DNA of 64,000 bases from Ascidiella aspersa. Its lineage: Eukaryota. The notes below the pieces were generated by a model. It did not search any database and had not been told where the DNA came from. It saw only the letters and a list, made by a program, of their open reading frames with translations. The position numbers and the translations under genes were made by a program. This document shows, piece by piece, positions 36,201 to 50,100 of the stretch (positions are counted from its first letter, which is position 1; each line of letters opens with the position of its first letter). The stretch covers positions 8,556,001-8,620,000 of the forward strand of contig OZ004607.1 of NCBI GenBank assembly GCA_963924565.1, given 5' to 3'.

Positions 36201-39200
36201 TACGGTTACGATTTGTATATATTTTAGGTAAACTCTTCCGAAAACGAGTATGAAGCAATACGACTCTTTTCGAATTTTCTCCAGTATATGGGGCAAATAG
36301 TGCCCAGAACCAACCTCAAATTAATCGCAAGCAACTAATGCAATCGGCGACCCAAACAAACCAACTGGCAACCTAATTTTGGGTCGCAACCCTTAGGTTG
36401 AGAAACACTGCCAACTGCGATAGATAAACCTCAAAAGATGACAACATGCTACAACAACACAACAGTAATGGTCACCTCGGACGGGCTCGTGGTCATTCTG
36501 CCCCTGCTTGACCAGGTCAAGTCGTTGATAGCCGGTGTCCTTTAGTCGGTTGATGGCGTTCGACATGATCTTGATGCAGCCTAGGAAGCCGGCGCCGTTC
36601 TTCTTGTGTACTTTGCGGTTGTTCCATACCGAGATGGTGATGCAGTCCGACTTGCCAACATACCTGGAAAACAACAATGTGTGTTTAGGTCATATTTTTT
36701 CGTTAAACAGACTTTGTTACATATTTTTGGCAAAATAGTTCAATTATTTTTGAAAAAATACTGAACTTGAACGCAAGTCGTAGTTTTGACGTTAACTTCA
36801 GTGTGTTTTTTTTTTGTTTGGTAATATTGGATAATTAACCTCAATTTCTGCGAGTATAGCAGTTTGTTAGATGTTGTACGGTTTAATTTTAGGTGTTTGC
36901 TAAACAAAATGACTTGACATGGACTAAAGTCACTTAAAGTGGACTTCCAAATACTTCCTAAAACGCTTCGTGTCACCAAATTTGTCCTGGTCGACACAGC
37001 TCATTATCTGTGCTGCCCAACCCTATATAAAGTTTAAGTATCTAGAAGGCCCATTTTTATTTTTTTACCGCCATGTAAAAGCACGTCGGATAACCGAAAA
37101 AGCGCTTCACGGCCATGACGGAGCCTTTTCCTTTGGCCGCCGCAGTAGCCACTGACAAATCACAACAACATAGGAAACGGGGCACAAAGCAGTGGAGCGA
37201 CAAGAAACGGCGGTCGAAAAAAAGAAGTAGATAAAGCGAAGGCGGCGCCGACGTGACTTGGCCGCGTAAACAGAGCCGAGTGCCTTGGACACGAACGCTT
37301 CAAGCAAGCAGCTCTCTACACACTTGTAGGTGATAGGTGGGCGGGATTGTAAGTGCTGGATCCTGCTGTTTGTTGGCCTTTCGCGGGCTGCGGCGGATTT
37401 CAGACGCCAAGGCCGGCGTTTTTGCGGCGCCGTTCTCGTTTTTTTAGGTTTGTCTGACGGTTTTAGCGCGATTTCGGGTGAGTTCGCTGGTTTTAAAGCC
37501 TTGTAAACTGGCGGAAGCCGTCACGACCGCGCATATGGCGCCACAGCGAAATGTAAAACAAAGGCATCGTGGGTTATAGGTTTTGTGGGTAAGGGGGCCT
37601 TGGAGACGAAAACGCGGTTTGCTGGTGTGGATTTCGTGTCAGCGTTTAAAGCTCTTGGCGAACTAGCTGTGGTTTAATGCAAAACGGTTATATTCGTTGT
37701 GTTGTGTATTTTAAAACAGTCTATTGCTTTTAAGGTACAACACCAGCTTCGAATATGCCAAGCTCAATAACATCCAGTTAGAAAGCACAACAACGACGAT
37801 TTTATGGTTTCAACTTAAATCCCTGCGCTCAATGTCATCGGAACTTCTAACTTACAAATCAGCGGACTACTCGGTATACGTCACTTGTATAATTTTGTCA
37901 GGCCTTTGCAGCAGTAATGCAAAACTGGCCAAAAACGGGGTTTAAAAGCTTATACAACAATATGTTTCTACCTGCACATAAATTGGCAGTAGTTCGCTTT
38001 TTGCTTATTTATCTAATCATTATTCATGGAGGAAACTATTTGACAGGTCTTGTGTTAAAATCATTTTAAGGTATTGTAAAATAACTTGGGAAATAGACTA
38101 TTTTTTAACACTCTACAGCTGGATTTAATTTCCGGCTTTAGGATCTCTGTATAGTAAGAGTCCAACTTTTATAAAAGCGTATAGGTGCGTTACAGGCGGC
38201 TGCGGTCCGCGGTGTTGTGACGACGTGGCTACGCGGGAGGTTGTGGTGGGGTGGCAACACACAGAGCGCGTCATAACAATCGCAATACGCGCGCGTTTCT
38301 GGAGTTGGGCCAAAGTTCTAGTTCGTCGAAGATATGTCACTCTTGTATGTGACTTTTCGATGGAATTCGCCGTAGCGAGGACTACACAGTTCGCAACGTT
38401 AAACAAACGACGTCGTTGAAGTCGCGCGATTTTTGCTTTAAGGTCCTTTGATCGAAATTTAGGTTTCTTCCTAACTAGCAGGCTGAAGATTATGAAACAA
38501 ACGCAGTGTATAACTAATACGTTTCGGTGTTGTTTGGCACGATTTTCTTGCCTTGATAAATTTAGGACGATTCTATTATTTCGTCGAAAACGAAAACCCC
38601 AATACTGAACTGCAATCATGGGCGGCAAATTTCGACCCATGTCTTGCTGTATGCCACTACTGCAACTTACAGGACGTAGTATTAATTCATTCCACTTGGG
38701 TTATCTGACATATTACTATATACATATCACTATATGCTACTGATTCGAACATTTAGCACATTTCGACGCTTACTTCTGTATGCCACTATTGCAACTTACA
38801 GGTCGTAATACTGGTTCCACTTGGGGTCCAGGGTGGCCTTGCAGGTTCCGGTGGCGTGGCACTGACCCGATCCCTCAACCAAGATCTTGGCGAAGGGGTC
38901 CGGAAGACGGAAGAAGTCCCTCTTGCAGATGTTCTTCGCGCAGAAAACTGTACAAAAGGAAGAGGAGGTTAAGTTTAGGGGGCAACCTAATAGTGACGGT
39001 CTAACAAGGCACGGGCGCTGTTTTACTGAAGGTGTGGCGCCAATCAAACTAAACCGTCATAGTCCAGGACATGAAAATTATAACAAGGTTAATTTGATCC
39101 CCTTCAATTGAGGTTGTAGGTACGAGAAGGATGCAGCAGGCAAGGGTGATATGGTTGTTTCTCAACGTGCTTCCCTCTAAGCCTGTGTAGCTCAGTTGGT

Positions 39201-42200
39201 AGAGCGACGTTCCCGGTATGACCGGTGGTTGTGAGTTCGAACATCACAGAAAGCTAGTTAGTTTTCTAGCCTGGCCTTGATTGCACTATAAATCTGAATC
39301 GACAAAATGCCTCCTGAAGACAAATATTGCGGAATCGCACAAGTGCAAAGCAAAATAAAACCCAAAAGACGGAATCGTATAATTTTATAATTTTTGGGGG
39401 ATTGTAAAAAAAACAAAATAGAGCAGAGGGTGACGATTGACGTTTCTACGGCTTAACGTTTCGACATCAAACTTTGCCACAATTTCCTGAAAAAAAAATA
39501 ATAAAAGAAAACTGAAAACGGCCAAAAAAGCTTCACAGGCGTCCGACGCATTCCGGGGTCGAAAGACAAACGCCGAACAAAAAGGCACAAGGGCGCGAGC
39601 GGCAAAAGTAAACAGCGGCGAATTCCGATCAGTCAGTGAGCGGAAAGATTGCGGTAGGGCGCGATCCGACGACGGACTTGCCAGGCGATTATTAGGGCAA
39701 AGGAGGATCGAATTCGCGTGTTTGCTGTTTACGTTGTGTTTAGTGCCGCTTACAAGGCCTCTCCTTGAATGCAACCTTTTGCAGGCGAGCCGTTGAGGCG
39801 TCTTTACGCCACTTGGCGCTAGATTACATGACTGTTTGATAAAGTTGGGTCCTAATTTTCATTTCCAGCCTGTTTTTGTGCAATATTTTAACCTATCCTT
39901 TTTGTTAATTCGGAAATTTAGATTGATTTGTGTTTTAGTGCCACATGTATTTGCATAAGGGCTTTATTCTTTTCTTTGGTGGGGTAATAAAGGCGGACAT
40001 TTTTTAAATCAATCTGCCATATTTTTTTAGCTTATTTTCACGTCATGTCATCTAGAGCGGTAATTAAATATATCGTAGTCCCTATAAGATTTTTTACATG
40101 ACTGTTTGAAAAACAATGGCTATAATGATTTATCCTGTTTTCTAGTCGTTGTTCAACCTATAGCTTAAGCTACAAAACAATAAAAAAATGAGACGATATT
40201 TGTCTACTCCAGACACTTAAACTGGCCAGGTCCGGATTAAGAGCCAAGTGTAATCAATCCCGCACAATCTCCGTCAAGGCATTGACTGAAGACTAAACGC
40301 CGCTTTATAAACGTAGGATTTATGGGGGCGCTGAAAACTGGCAAGGTATTTGTGGAAACTCAAGCGAATAAAGACCGCGTCCAGATAATTCCCCACCGCG
40401 TTGAAAGGCGTTTACATGAACTAGACCGCTGCATGCCGTGGATATTTCGAACAACATTCCGTGCACATCTTGAGCGACATTGGACACTGGAAGACTTACG
40501 TTCTTGTTTTGAGAAGAGCCAAAGCGGAATTTTTGATCCGGATAATTGCGACGCCACTAAAACGCCATAAGCCGCAAGATGAGACGGCCCAGTCGCTTAC
40601 AGCTATGCAGATAAAGGCTCTTGGGTTAGCGAAGAAAGACACAAGCGCTGGTTTGGTAATGCGAGGTTTCGGATTTTCCTTACTGCAACGTGATCACCGC
40701 AAACGAGAAAGCGATCGCGAAAACCTCGGCAATCCCGAGATAAGCAAGCCTAATGCATTTGTCCCGCATTTGACAAAACAGCGGAGAACCGCTAAAATAT
40801 TGCCAGTGATCCTTGAATTATTTTACCTTAACACACACTTTCTACAAACTTATGCTTTAAAACATTTTTAGGTTAAATTTTAAAGCAATAAGCGTAGTAA
40901 GCACAACTCCATATTTACAATGCCCCGAATAAGTAAAATACAAAATTGTTTTAGGGGTTAGATCCCTATTAAAAGTACAAATCGTTTTTTTTTGCAAAAA
41001 AAAAGAAAAATTCCGCGGAACGATCATCAATATCTCGAGGCACACAGTTTGAGAAAAAAAGATCTAAGCCCTTGCCTAATGGGGTTGCATTACCCACTCG
41101 CTTACATACTGTCAACGAGATCTCAAATTGGCCCTGGCAACATCAATCTCTTGTCACCAGTCGCCAGACAAGCTTGGAAATAGCTTGGAAATTTCGATTC
41201 AACGGCAACAACGCGCTGGGTGGCGGTTTGCAGCGTTGAGCCCGTAATTGTAGATTGCCCGTGATTTTTGAGAGCATTCCAGGCTAATTGAGATCTGGTG
41301 TCTGTTTCCTTTCGTCGGGCGGTTGTTTGGGCACAAAGCAAAGTATGCTAGATTGTCGTTTAGTTCCTGCAAGCATGCGTGTATTTTTTGTGTGTATGTG
41401 TGTGTGTGCGTTTGAGTCCTTGGTGTCCTTTTCCCAATTGGCCGGAGGAATTTGTGTGACAACTTCTTTCGGTGACCGACAACACGCTGCAGATATTTCA
41501 GACAAAATCACTTCAACGTGGTGTATGTTAAGTGGCAAGAACTCGGCGTATTTAAAAAGTGGCAATTTTAACTTCCAGGTATCACGTACGAGTCACAACG
41601 AAACCCTTGGAAATGATTATAATTTAACGACCAAAACTACAATTAACGCGAGTAAAATACTCGTGTGTCCTGTTAAACCTGTTGTTGTTGTTTTTTTAAG
41701 TGACGTGAAACGGAAGTTAGCGGCAAATATACATTAACACAGCTCGCGAAGCAATTTAATCCGGCCCGCGGCTTACTTATAAAATTTTTTTTAATAGAAA
41801 TGCCTTTACGTTTTTTGTCGTAATTTTGTAAAATTCGAATTACACATGCAAGGCATCCTCACTTATTCCTGTACTCTTACCAGCTTGCCAAACTAAAACA
41901 TTTATTTCTATCTTTACAAAGAAATAACACTTTAAATATTTGTTTATTTTAAATTTGGACATTTTTGTCTTTTATGTCGACAATTATCAAAAAATAATTG
42001 CTCAACCCTGCATTATGGGGTTTTAGAAAGTGACAAATACAAACTACTCCAAGTCGCAATGCTACTGTAATGAACTCGTGTGCCCCATTCGACCTGTTGT
42101 TATTGTCGACGAACACACCAACGTTAACCATTAAGAAAGCGAGGAAATCGCCGTTTGATCTGCTCCAAGTGCAGTCGCAAATGTTTGCTTTCCGAGAAGG

Positions 42201-45200
42201 GCCCGGGCAGCTTTCGTCATTAAGCGAAGCTTGAGCCACGAAGCGCTAAAAGTATTCGGTGAATCACGTCGAAAGCTCGCGGCGAGGTCGGCTTCGAAAG
42301 CGGCGGGTATTCAGTTGCAAGATCGAGGCGCCTTTAGCTGAGCACTGAGCGGTGATTTCACCGGCCAGTCGGTTTAAATGACCGCCCACTGACCGACGGG
42401 CGGTTTAAGCGCGATTTGAGGGCGACGGGAAGTTTAAGTTTGCTTTGGCGGTATGAAAGCTGGGAAGGTTCGCATGGAAGTCGGAACCTGTACGTGGTGA
42501 CTAAGCGTCTGGCAATTCTCAAGGCTGGGCGTGTTTGGGTGAATGCGCGCCCAATAATGCCGAGTCATCGCGCTAATTTACGGTTAACTTTCGATTTTAA
42601 CCAAAACAGTCCTTTCAAGAATGCTGCTGGAAAGCGCTTTCCTAAATCAAGTCTTTCTTAGTTGTGAATACTACTCTCCCTCTATTTCCAATACCTCGTT
42701 ACACGAATATCTTGTATATTTTAATACCTATGCTTGGTACACTGTTTTCCTGAACATTCCAATGTATTTTTGGAACAGTGCATAAGGATAAAAACGGAAG
42801 CTTTCCGTAAAAAATGTTTGGAGTGTTAACCACGTAAAAAAACTAGTTTATCTCTCAAATAAATAAAAAGTAGTATGTCCACATTTTCGGATTAAAAACG
42901 CGGCTTACGCAGTGTCGACTATGCTCTGCTGTGTTCTTATGAGCTGAGCACCATCCAACAAGCGTTGATCCAAAATACCTTTAACCCATCAACAAGGAAA
43001 CATCTCTAGCGGCATGTAAAATCCAGGCACGATTTTCGACGCCAGAAAAGAAAACGGCTCGACTTATAAGGAGCGACAAAAAGCGAGAAAATCCGCGCAT
43101 TTATCAAACTCGACCGACGCTTAATGATCGATGCCGAGGTCTGTGTGTTAAGGAGACCACCCGCGATCCGCAAATCGCATCAAAAAACGAGCCTATCTGT
43201 TTTTTAAGGCTGTTGATACATAGTTGTTACTGCTGATTTGACTCGCTGCGACCCTTACTAAGCTACTGATAGTGCTATAGGTACAACTCCCCGCTGCTGG
43301 GTCAACTATGAGCGCACACAACACCCTGAATGAGGGCAAATCGAGAAGTTTATCCATCAAGATTTTGGCGATGAAAGGTTCTACAATGTATTGCAACCGC
43401 CGTTTCGATTCGTTAAGCGACTACGATTTCGGCAAAAAGCTGAAGTTGGTTAATGTGTTTTTTAGACTGGGTTGAGGTAATAAATTGATGTAGCCTAGCA
43501 AACGTTGGCCGATTTCCTTTTTTCGTTAACTGGAATTAAATAATCGATACAACTGTTGAGGCTATGAGGTATTTCACTTATTATTCCGTCTAATTTTTTT
43601 ACGGCTTTGTTGCCATTGCGGGAGAGCGTTTTGAAATCCTGGCCAATTTGTCTTGTCGCGGTACACCCGTTCTCCCCATACAAACCGTCTACCAGCTTCC
43701 AAGTCAAAACAACGCGGATGGCAGGCGGTGGGAAAACCATTCTGGGAACCAGTTGATGTGAACGTGTAAAAAAATCATAAAAAGAGTAACAGCTAGTTCT
43801 AAAAGGTTACATCCAGCTTCATCGCAAAAGATTAAACGAATCAGGTTGGCAAATACAACTTTCTGCTGCAATTGCACAAGTGTTTTTTGAGACATTCCCT
43901 AATTTTATTGGCTGTTTCGATCGCTTAAAAAACATTTACACAGTGCTCCGCATCTTTTGTGCTTGTGGCAAACAAACAAGGTGTACGGGCACAGATCCAA
44001 ATCATCCGAGAGCAAAAAAAAACATTACTATAACGTAAAAATTACGAACGTTTTATATCCTCGCTTTTATAAAATTTTCCTTCAAAAAAGTCTCGAGCTA
44101 CCCAAAGAATCTAACTTTTAACACCCCAAAACCACCCGGCGGTACCAATACCACACGAACTCGCACAATAAACGGTCCCGAGTGTGTGCATGTGTGTAGT
44201 GAAGAAACAGGCTTGGCTAGAGACAAAGGAAATCGCGCTGCATTCCACGATCTGACAGCACCTGCGGGTAGCAAGGCACCAACAGCGGTCGGACCTTATC
44301 CTAACGCCTGATGCTAAGACGACAACAACATCGGCACGCCAGTCGGTTGGTTTCCTTGGGCGTCACTTGTAAGCCGGCAAAGGATAACTGGCCTACAGCT
44401 GCTCGCAAGCACACCCGACACTTATTCCCTGCGTAACCCCAGCAGCAGCGGCGTTTCGCTCGTTCGTTCCTTACGCGATTTCGTCAGCTATTTCCTTCTC
44501 CGAATATAAGTGCAGGCTGCGTAAATTGCACCGCTCCATTTTCGAGTCTGTTTTTCCTGTGCGCTTTTCAGTCGGGGCAAAGTTCACTAGTAATGTCGGG
44601 GCTCGGGACCGCGGGGTTATTCGGTACAGCATTCAGCCTAAAATTAACATTTTTTCACTTTATTAATGTATTTTATCGCATTACCGGATCGCAAGGCTTA
44701 AAGTGTTTGGCGTTCCGCAAACTTTTTGTATTTCGGTTCTACATGTGCTTTTGAAACGCACATATACACAATGTCTATTCTGTAATTAAGCTCTTATGGT
44801 GGGCGTACTGGACAACGATAACGGCACACATCCTTTCATAGGGCGTTTATAGGTTGTCCGATCGTATGGTCAAACATCCAATAAAGGTAAAATTAAAACG
44901 TACAAACGTCTATTTTTAGGTTGTTCAACCCAAAACATGAATACGTGGTTACCTTTCATTCGTACTACACTTTCTTAAAAATATACCTAAAAAAACGTTG
45001 CGTTCCGAAACTGACTTGGTCGGATCAGCACCGATACCCGCTTAATATCGGACGAGTCCTGATACCACATCCCTGGCTTCGGGTATCGGTTCCGATCCGA
45101 TACTATCGGACATCCCTGACGTGGATCAACTAAGTAGCAACGGACTCGGTCGCAACAAAGTGAAGTGCTCTTTAGGGCCGTGGACTTAATTATACTCTGC

Positions 45201-47156
45201 GTCGCGTATCGCGTTAAAGTGTCCCCTCTGGTTAGTACCTGTGCATTTGAGATCAAGAGTTTCAACGGAGATCGTTCTCGTGTGAAATTTCAGCCCGCAC
45301 TCGAAAATGGCGATTCGGTTTTTGCCCTGATTCGATTTGCGGCGGAACACCTGAACTCTCTCGAGGCTCAATTTAGTCGTAGAATTGCAATTATAAAAAC
45401 ATTTTTTGCACGCAGTGTAAGAGTCCATTGTATTTACTGTTTAGCATTTGTTTTGCGAAACGTAATGTTTTTTGCGCGTTGAATTAGAGTGCAACGTACT
45501 TATAGACTATTTTCGACCCAAAACCAAAAATAACTTAACTAACTTTAGATGTGATGAAGCACAGTGGTGCAAAGACTTGCGTAAATTATAGTGAAACTTT
45601 TCAACAGTCCCCCCGAATTTCATCTTTCGGATTGCATGTATAACGCTATTATACAGGTCGATGCCGGTAACTATATTGGCACTAGCCTGCGAGTTAGGCG
45701 TGTCTCTAGCAAATGTGTGGATCTCAACGGTTTAAATTTTGGTGAAGTAAAAAAACAGCCCGGAAAGCTGTTTCGGTGAAACTTGAAAGTTTGTTTTTGT
45801 AAAAAATTCGAGAAATGAAAAAGCACTTATGTAGGGAAGAGTCCAATTTCGCCCAAATGGCCAGCGCTCGCCAAAAAAATCCGCAGACACGATTGTCCAA
45901 GTTGACCATATTTTTCACAGGCGCAAATAACGGATCAAAAATGAGCATCGCCGATCTCTCAGTCCAGCAGACCGGTTTAGCGCCACCGCCGCCTTATCTC
46001 GAGCGATTTTCGCGCCGGCATCTTTTAATGCAGCAGAGATACCGATCTCTCGCAGGAAGCGACATTTTTTCGATTCTGGCCCGAGGCTACAGATCTCCGT
46101 GCGCAGCTCGAAATTCAACGACCAGCGCTGGGCGTAATTGCGGGCCGCGACGCTTTGAAACGACCCGTTCTCGAGTCTCGGTTCCGGCAACGTGTCTTTT
46201 CGGTATGCATCAACTTTCAAAAGAACGGTACGAGTTTTTTGTCGCTGCGGTAATGTTGACGCTTTTTGTCTCAGTGCGCCATAGTATGTCCCTTTTTATT
46301 CCTATTTCTTCAGTCAAATCCGTGATTTTAAGCTGAAGCTTACTGGTCATTTAAATTTTGTCGCTGCCAGGTTGTATTGGCTTTTGCTTTTGCTACTGGT
46401 CGTAAACTCAAAAAAGGACATTTTCTGTGCATTGTGATTTCTTTACGAATTGTTAGTGGGTCGTTGGTTGGTTGGGTTGTACTGTTTCTGGTTGGTTGGG
46501 TTGTACTGTTAGGACGAAATTTGTTAAAGAAAAGTTTTCTTCTTATAAATGTATTAACACTTCATTACAGTTTTAAATTCGTTGGACCGAAATCCCCTGG
46601 TTTATTTAGATTATACAAAAAACAACTTACGCGTTAACAAAGGGTCGCGTTAACAAACCACTGCTATATATGCTAATTGAAACAAGTAGATAAAGGTTCA
46701 TTACTGCTTGTTACACGCCGTATTTTTTAAGTTGCTATGAAACCGACTTATACATACCAGTAAAGTTGTACGGCTAGTACAAAATGCACATACGGCGATA
46801 ATATTGGTAAAATGTATTTTAGACTAAAGGTGATTAAAGGCTATTTGATTTGAAAGCCTCTGCCCACAAAAGCACGAAATAAACTACATCAATTCCTTGA
46901 AATGTTGGCAGCAATTTCCTACTGGCAATGAAAGTCACGGTGGTATGACCAATCGATCCAGCCTTTCTTAGAGTCGGATCACCGCAAAACAGGGTGAAAG
47001 GTTAGGAGAGAATACAATTAGCCTTTTCCACAGACATCTGGATTACTTTGCTGTGACTTATACACTTGGAAGTCGTCCACAGCAGTAGGTTAAAGGTTAG
47101 GATGACAACTTACCAGTGACGCGAAGCTTCTTCACCTTGAACATATTGACTCCCAT
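30228..47156 (-). CDS. SMURF: E3 ubiquitin-protein ligase Smurf (NEDD4 family; C2, 3 WW, HECT; Smurf2-like architecture), about 756 aa. Exons 47156-47114, 38947-38800, 36663-36476, 36098-35933, 35495-34975, 34709-34538, 34320-34170, 33716-33519, 32462-32226, 31392-31193, 30770-30624, 30327-30228
   Basis: All 11 introns are GT..AG with compatible phases (2271 nt total). C2: [46 protein letters not shown] domains: [50 protein letters not shown]: [11 protein letters not shown]..., catalytic [14 protein letters not shown], ending CGFFTE*. Confidence 0.95.
39149..39285 (+). mobile_element. tRNA-derived SINE-like repeat, copy 2 (tRNA-like core 39181-39254), in the first coding intron of Smurf
   Basis: gcctgtgTAGCTCAGTTGGTAGAGCgacgttcccggtatgaccggtggttgtgaGTTCGAAcatcac aligns with the reverse complement of 310-447, including both flanks. 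Confidence 0.75.
44850..45118. mobile_element. hAT-type MITE related to the 28632-28866 family
   Basis: Ends taggttgtccgatcgtat ... atactatcggacatccctg with multiple CCGATA/TATCGG motifs. The TSD is degenerate. Confidence 0.65.
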
Positions 47157-47199
47157 GGCCAGGCGGAAGAAGGCTTGTTGGTCGGATAAAATCGAAACT

Positions 47200-50100
47200 A
47201 ACTCGGTCTAGCTTTAAGCCCACACTGCGTTTATCGACAGCGTTTGGTCACAAATGGTTCATGGTTACGTAAAAATATGTATCCTACGCGACGACCGATC
47301 CTGCAAAATCAAGAAAGCGATGAAGGCTTGTTTATTTGTACGTTTGCCAAACCAGGCACGTGATTACTTTCATGCGGACATTTTACGCATTAAATCAAAA
47401 TTACAGACAGAGAAGAAAACTCGCAAGGATACTGTCCTGCAAAATAGAAATACCTATTACGTGAACCTATTTGTTGAAATGTAGCAGCAAAATAAAATAA
47501 AATGGCAGGTTAAGCAACGGTGCCCCACTAAAAAAAACAGAATTCTTGCTCGATTTTTAGGCAAGGGTCGTTGAAATTTTACCATTGTGCTAAAAAAACA
47601 ACGCATATGACGGTAATATTTTAATACATTAAAACGCGAAAGGATTATTATTGTTAATCACGCACGGCAGACAACCATGGAGCTGGGTGCAATTTATTTC
47701 CAAAGTTTAATTATTATCTTCAAAAAACAAAACAAAGCCTGCTTAAAACACGCGACATTTGCGACAAGACGAGAGTGACTGCCGTCTAGGCAGGTCGGCG
47801 CGCGGTGGAAGTAACAGGTTGGCTGGTGGCGCGGGTCGCCCTTTGCCAACGTGCGTTCCTAATCGGTTTTAGCGAGACAGTCGCAGCAGTAATTAGGAGC
47901 CAGGGGCCGCGAGCCTGGCTGTCTTGGCGCCAGGGCCCTCTAGGTTTGCAGCGAGAGCACAGGAAACGAAGTGCGATCCGAAGGCGCCGCTTACCCTTTC
48001 GAGAAATTGCCGACAACCGCCGGCGACCTTATCGAGAACTTTACCAAAGACAACGAATAACAACCACTTTCGGAACAAGATGTCCCTCAAGTCATCTAAT
48101 CTAATGGTCACTTTAAATAAAATCTACAACAACCATAAAAAATACGTAGCAAATATTCAAAAAAAAAACTGCCTGGTAAAAGTACCACAACGGTCAGCAA
48201 ATTTAATTTCTAAAATGTATCTACACTTCATAAAAAATACGTGAAAGAGCTACAGGGTTGGTGCTGTGAAAATTGACCACACATACTGACCGCATAGTCA
48301 GGTCGAAATGCTACACACACTGCTCGCAACTACTGTGGGCTGCCTCTGATGTTCCTGCTATCGGAATCCTTCTTAAATTTGCCCTTGGCCTTGGCTGCGC
48401 TCATCATATAAGGACGCGGCAGCGACGCGCGATAAGATCTGAGCTTGCAGGAAACAATGCCTTAACTGTTACAATGGCCCGACCCTAGATCTTCCCCTGG
48501 CACGTCTGTAGCGGTGACAGCGCTGCCGAGAAAGAATTCCAGTTGGACGAGATAAAGAAAGGTTAAGAGCGCCAAAGCATTCATTTCCACTAGTCGGCGG
48601 CGATGGACGTTTTGTTGATTATGAAGCCGAAACATGACCGAAGCTTTCGTAACTGAATGAGGGTTAATGAAAAAAACTTTGCTTTAAATGTGGGAAAATA
48701 ACCATTTTTTTTTTAATTTAGGAAAGCACTTTGAAACTTAAACAGCTTTCAGAAAATAATAATTTCTTTTAACAGGTGAAATAAGAACGGTCCAAAATCT
48801 TTGCGTTTATAATAATGAAAAAATGGATTTTAACATGGTAAAAAATACTTTTTCTAAAATTTGGGCTAGAAAAAATAATACAATACTAACTTTGTTCTCA
48901 AAATGTAAAATTGAACGTTTTACGCTTTTTAGATCATTTAATTTAAAGATTAGAAAACGCTGCAGTTCTTCCCATGCCTATTGCCAATTCTAACGATCGA
49001 CTTAAATTAAAAGCGATAGTTCCAAAATGAAACAGCGCGACAATACGGCAGATGACACATTATTATCCAACAACGGGCGACGTTTAATCGCCGCAAGGAC
49101 AACAACAAAAATACCTCGTATTTATCAAAGAGCGGCATGTCAGACGGACGCGTACAGGGACATCTGCGCGAGTCAGTCAGCCTCATATCGTACTCGCCTT
49201 GCAGATTTTATTCGCGACATATACAACAACAATAGTAATAGCGACAAGCGCCAGGGGAAAGGCGAGCCGCCTGTTGGCGAGACGCTAGGCGCGCTGAAGG
49301 ATAAATAATTAATTCCGAGGCTATATTTCGCCGCCAAGGCATTAGGGTGACGACTGGGCGATTATGCTGCCAATGCTGCTCCGTTAGCCTTTAAGGATGG
49401 ACATTGTGCGACTCGGAAAAAATTGCAGGCGATGCGATACTGCTTTGTGAGAATGGCCGCCTTACGTGCGCTACAGTTGGCTTAACTTTTTAACAACTAT
49501 TTCAACTGGTAAGCTAAAGGCAATTTACTCTCAGCCGATTTTCGAATATTTTTTCATTTATAGTTACGAATGAAGGTTTTAAATAAAGTGTTATTTGTAC
49601 TGAAGCACCATAAGGGAAAAGCGTTCATTAAACTAAAGAAAGTAAAGCATTTCAAAACATCGCTCATTTACAAACCTACGATCAGGTTTCAAACCTCCTG
49701 CCTCTTTTTCACAAGCCTCAACAATCTCGTCCTATCCAAACAATTGTTTTCTTCAAAACTTAATTCGATTCCGCTGCGGATAAAATACGCTTTTCGGTCA
49801 AACGGACGGCGAGCGGCCGAATTCTGACTGACCAGTCGGTCAAGCAGAATTCCACGCAAATAGGATACGTCACGAGAGAATAAAGCGAGAGCAGATGTCG
49901 CGCGTATATGTCGCGACAGATTCCGGCGGCGGTGATTATTGTCTCAAAAGACCACTCCGGCAGACCAACGATCATTCAGATTTTATTTGATTGGAATAAG
50001 ATCATTCAGACACTAATGTTTTCGAAAGCCATAAAATCAACCCCGTAACAGTAAGAGATGATATCTTATCAATACTCAGTAATATTTAGAAGATTAACTC

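Noticed and set aside
41100-41145. Alternative Smurf first exon (…QFEISLT then gtatgt)
   Set aside because: The donor phase is incompatible with the phase-1 C2 exon, and the compatible frame contains a stop. Exon 47156-47114 fits properly.
47786-48016. ORF MSAISRKGKRRLRIALRFLCS resembling a C2 start
   Set aside because: The similarity is superficial, the start is non-ATG, and there is no suitable donor or further C2 motif.
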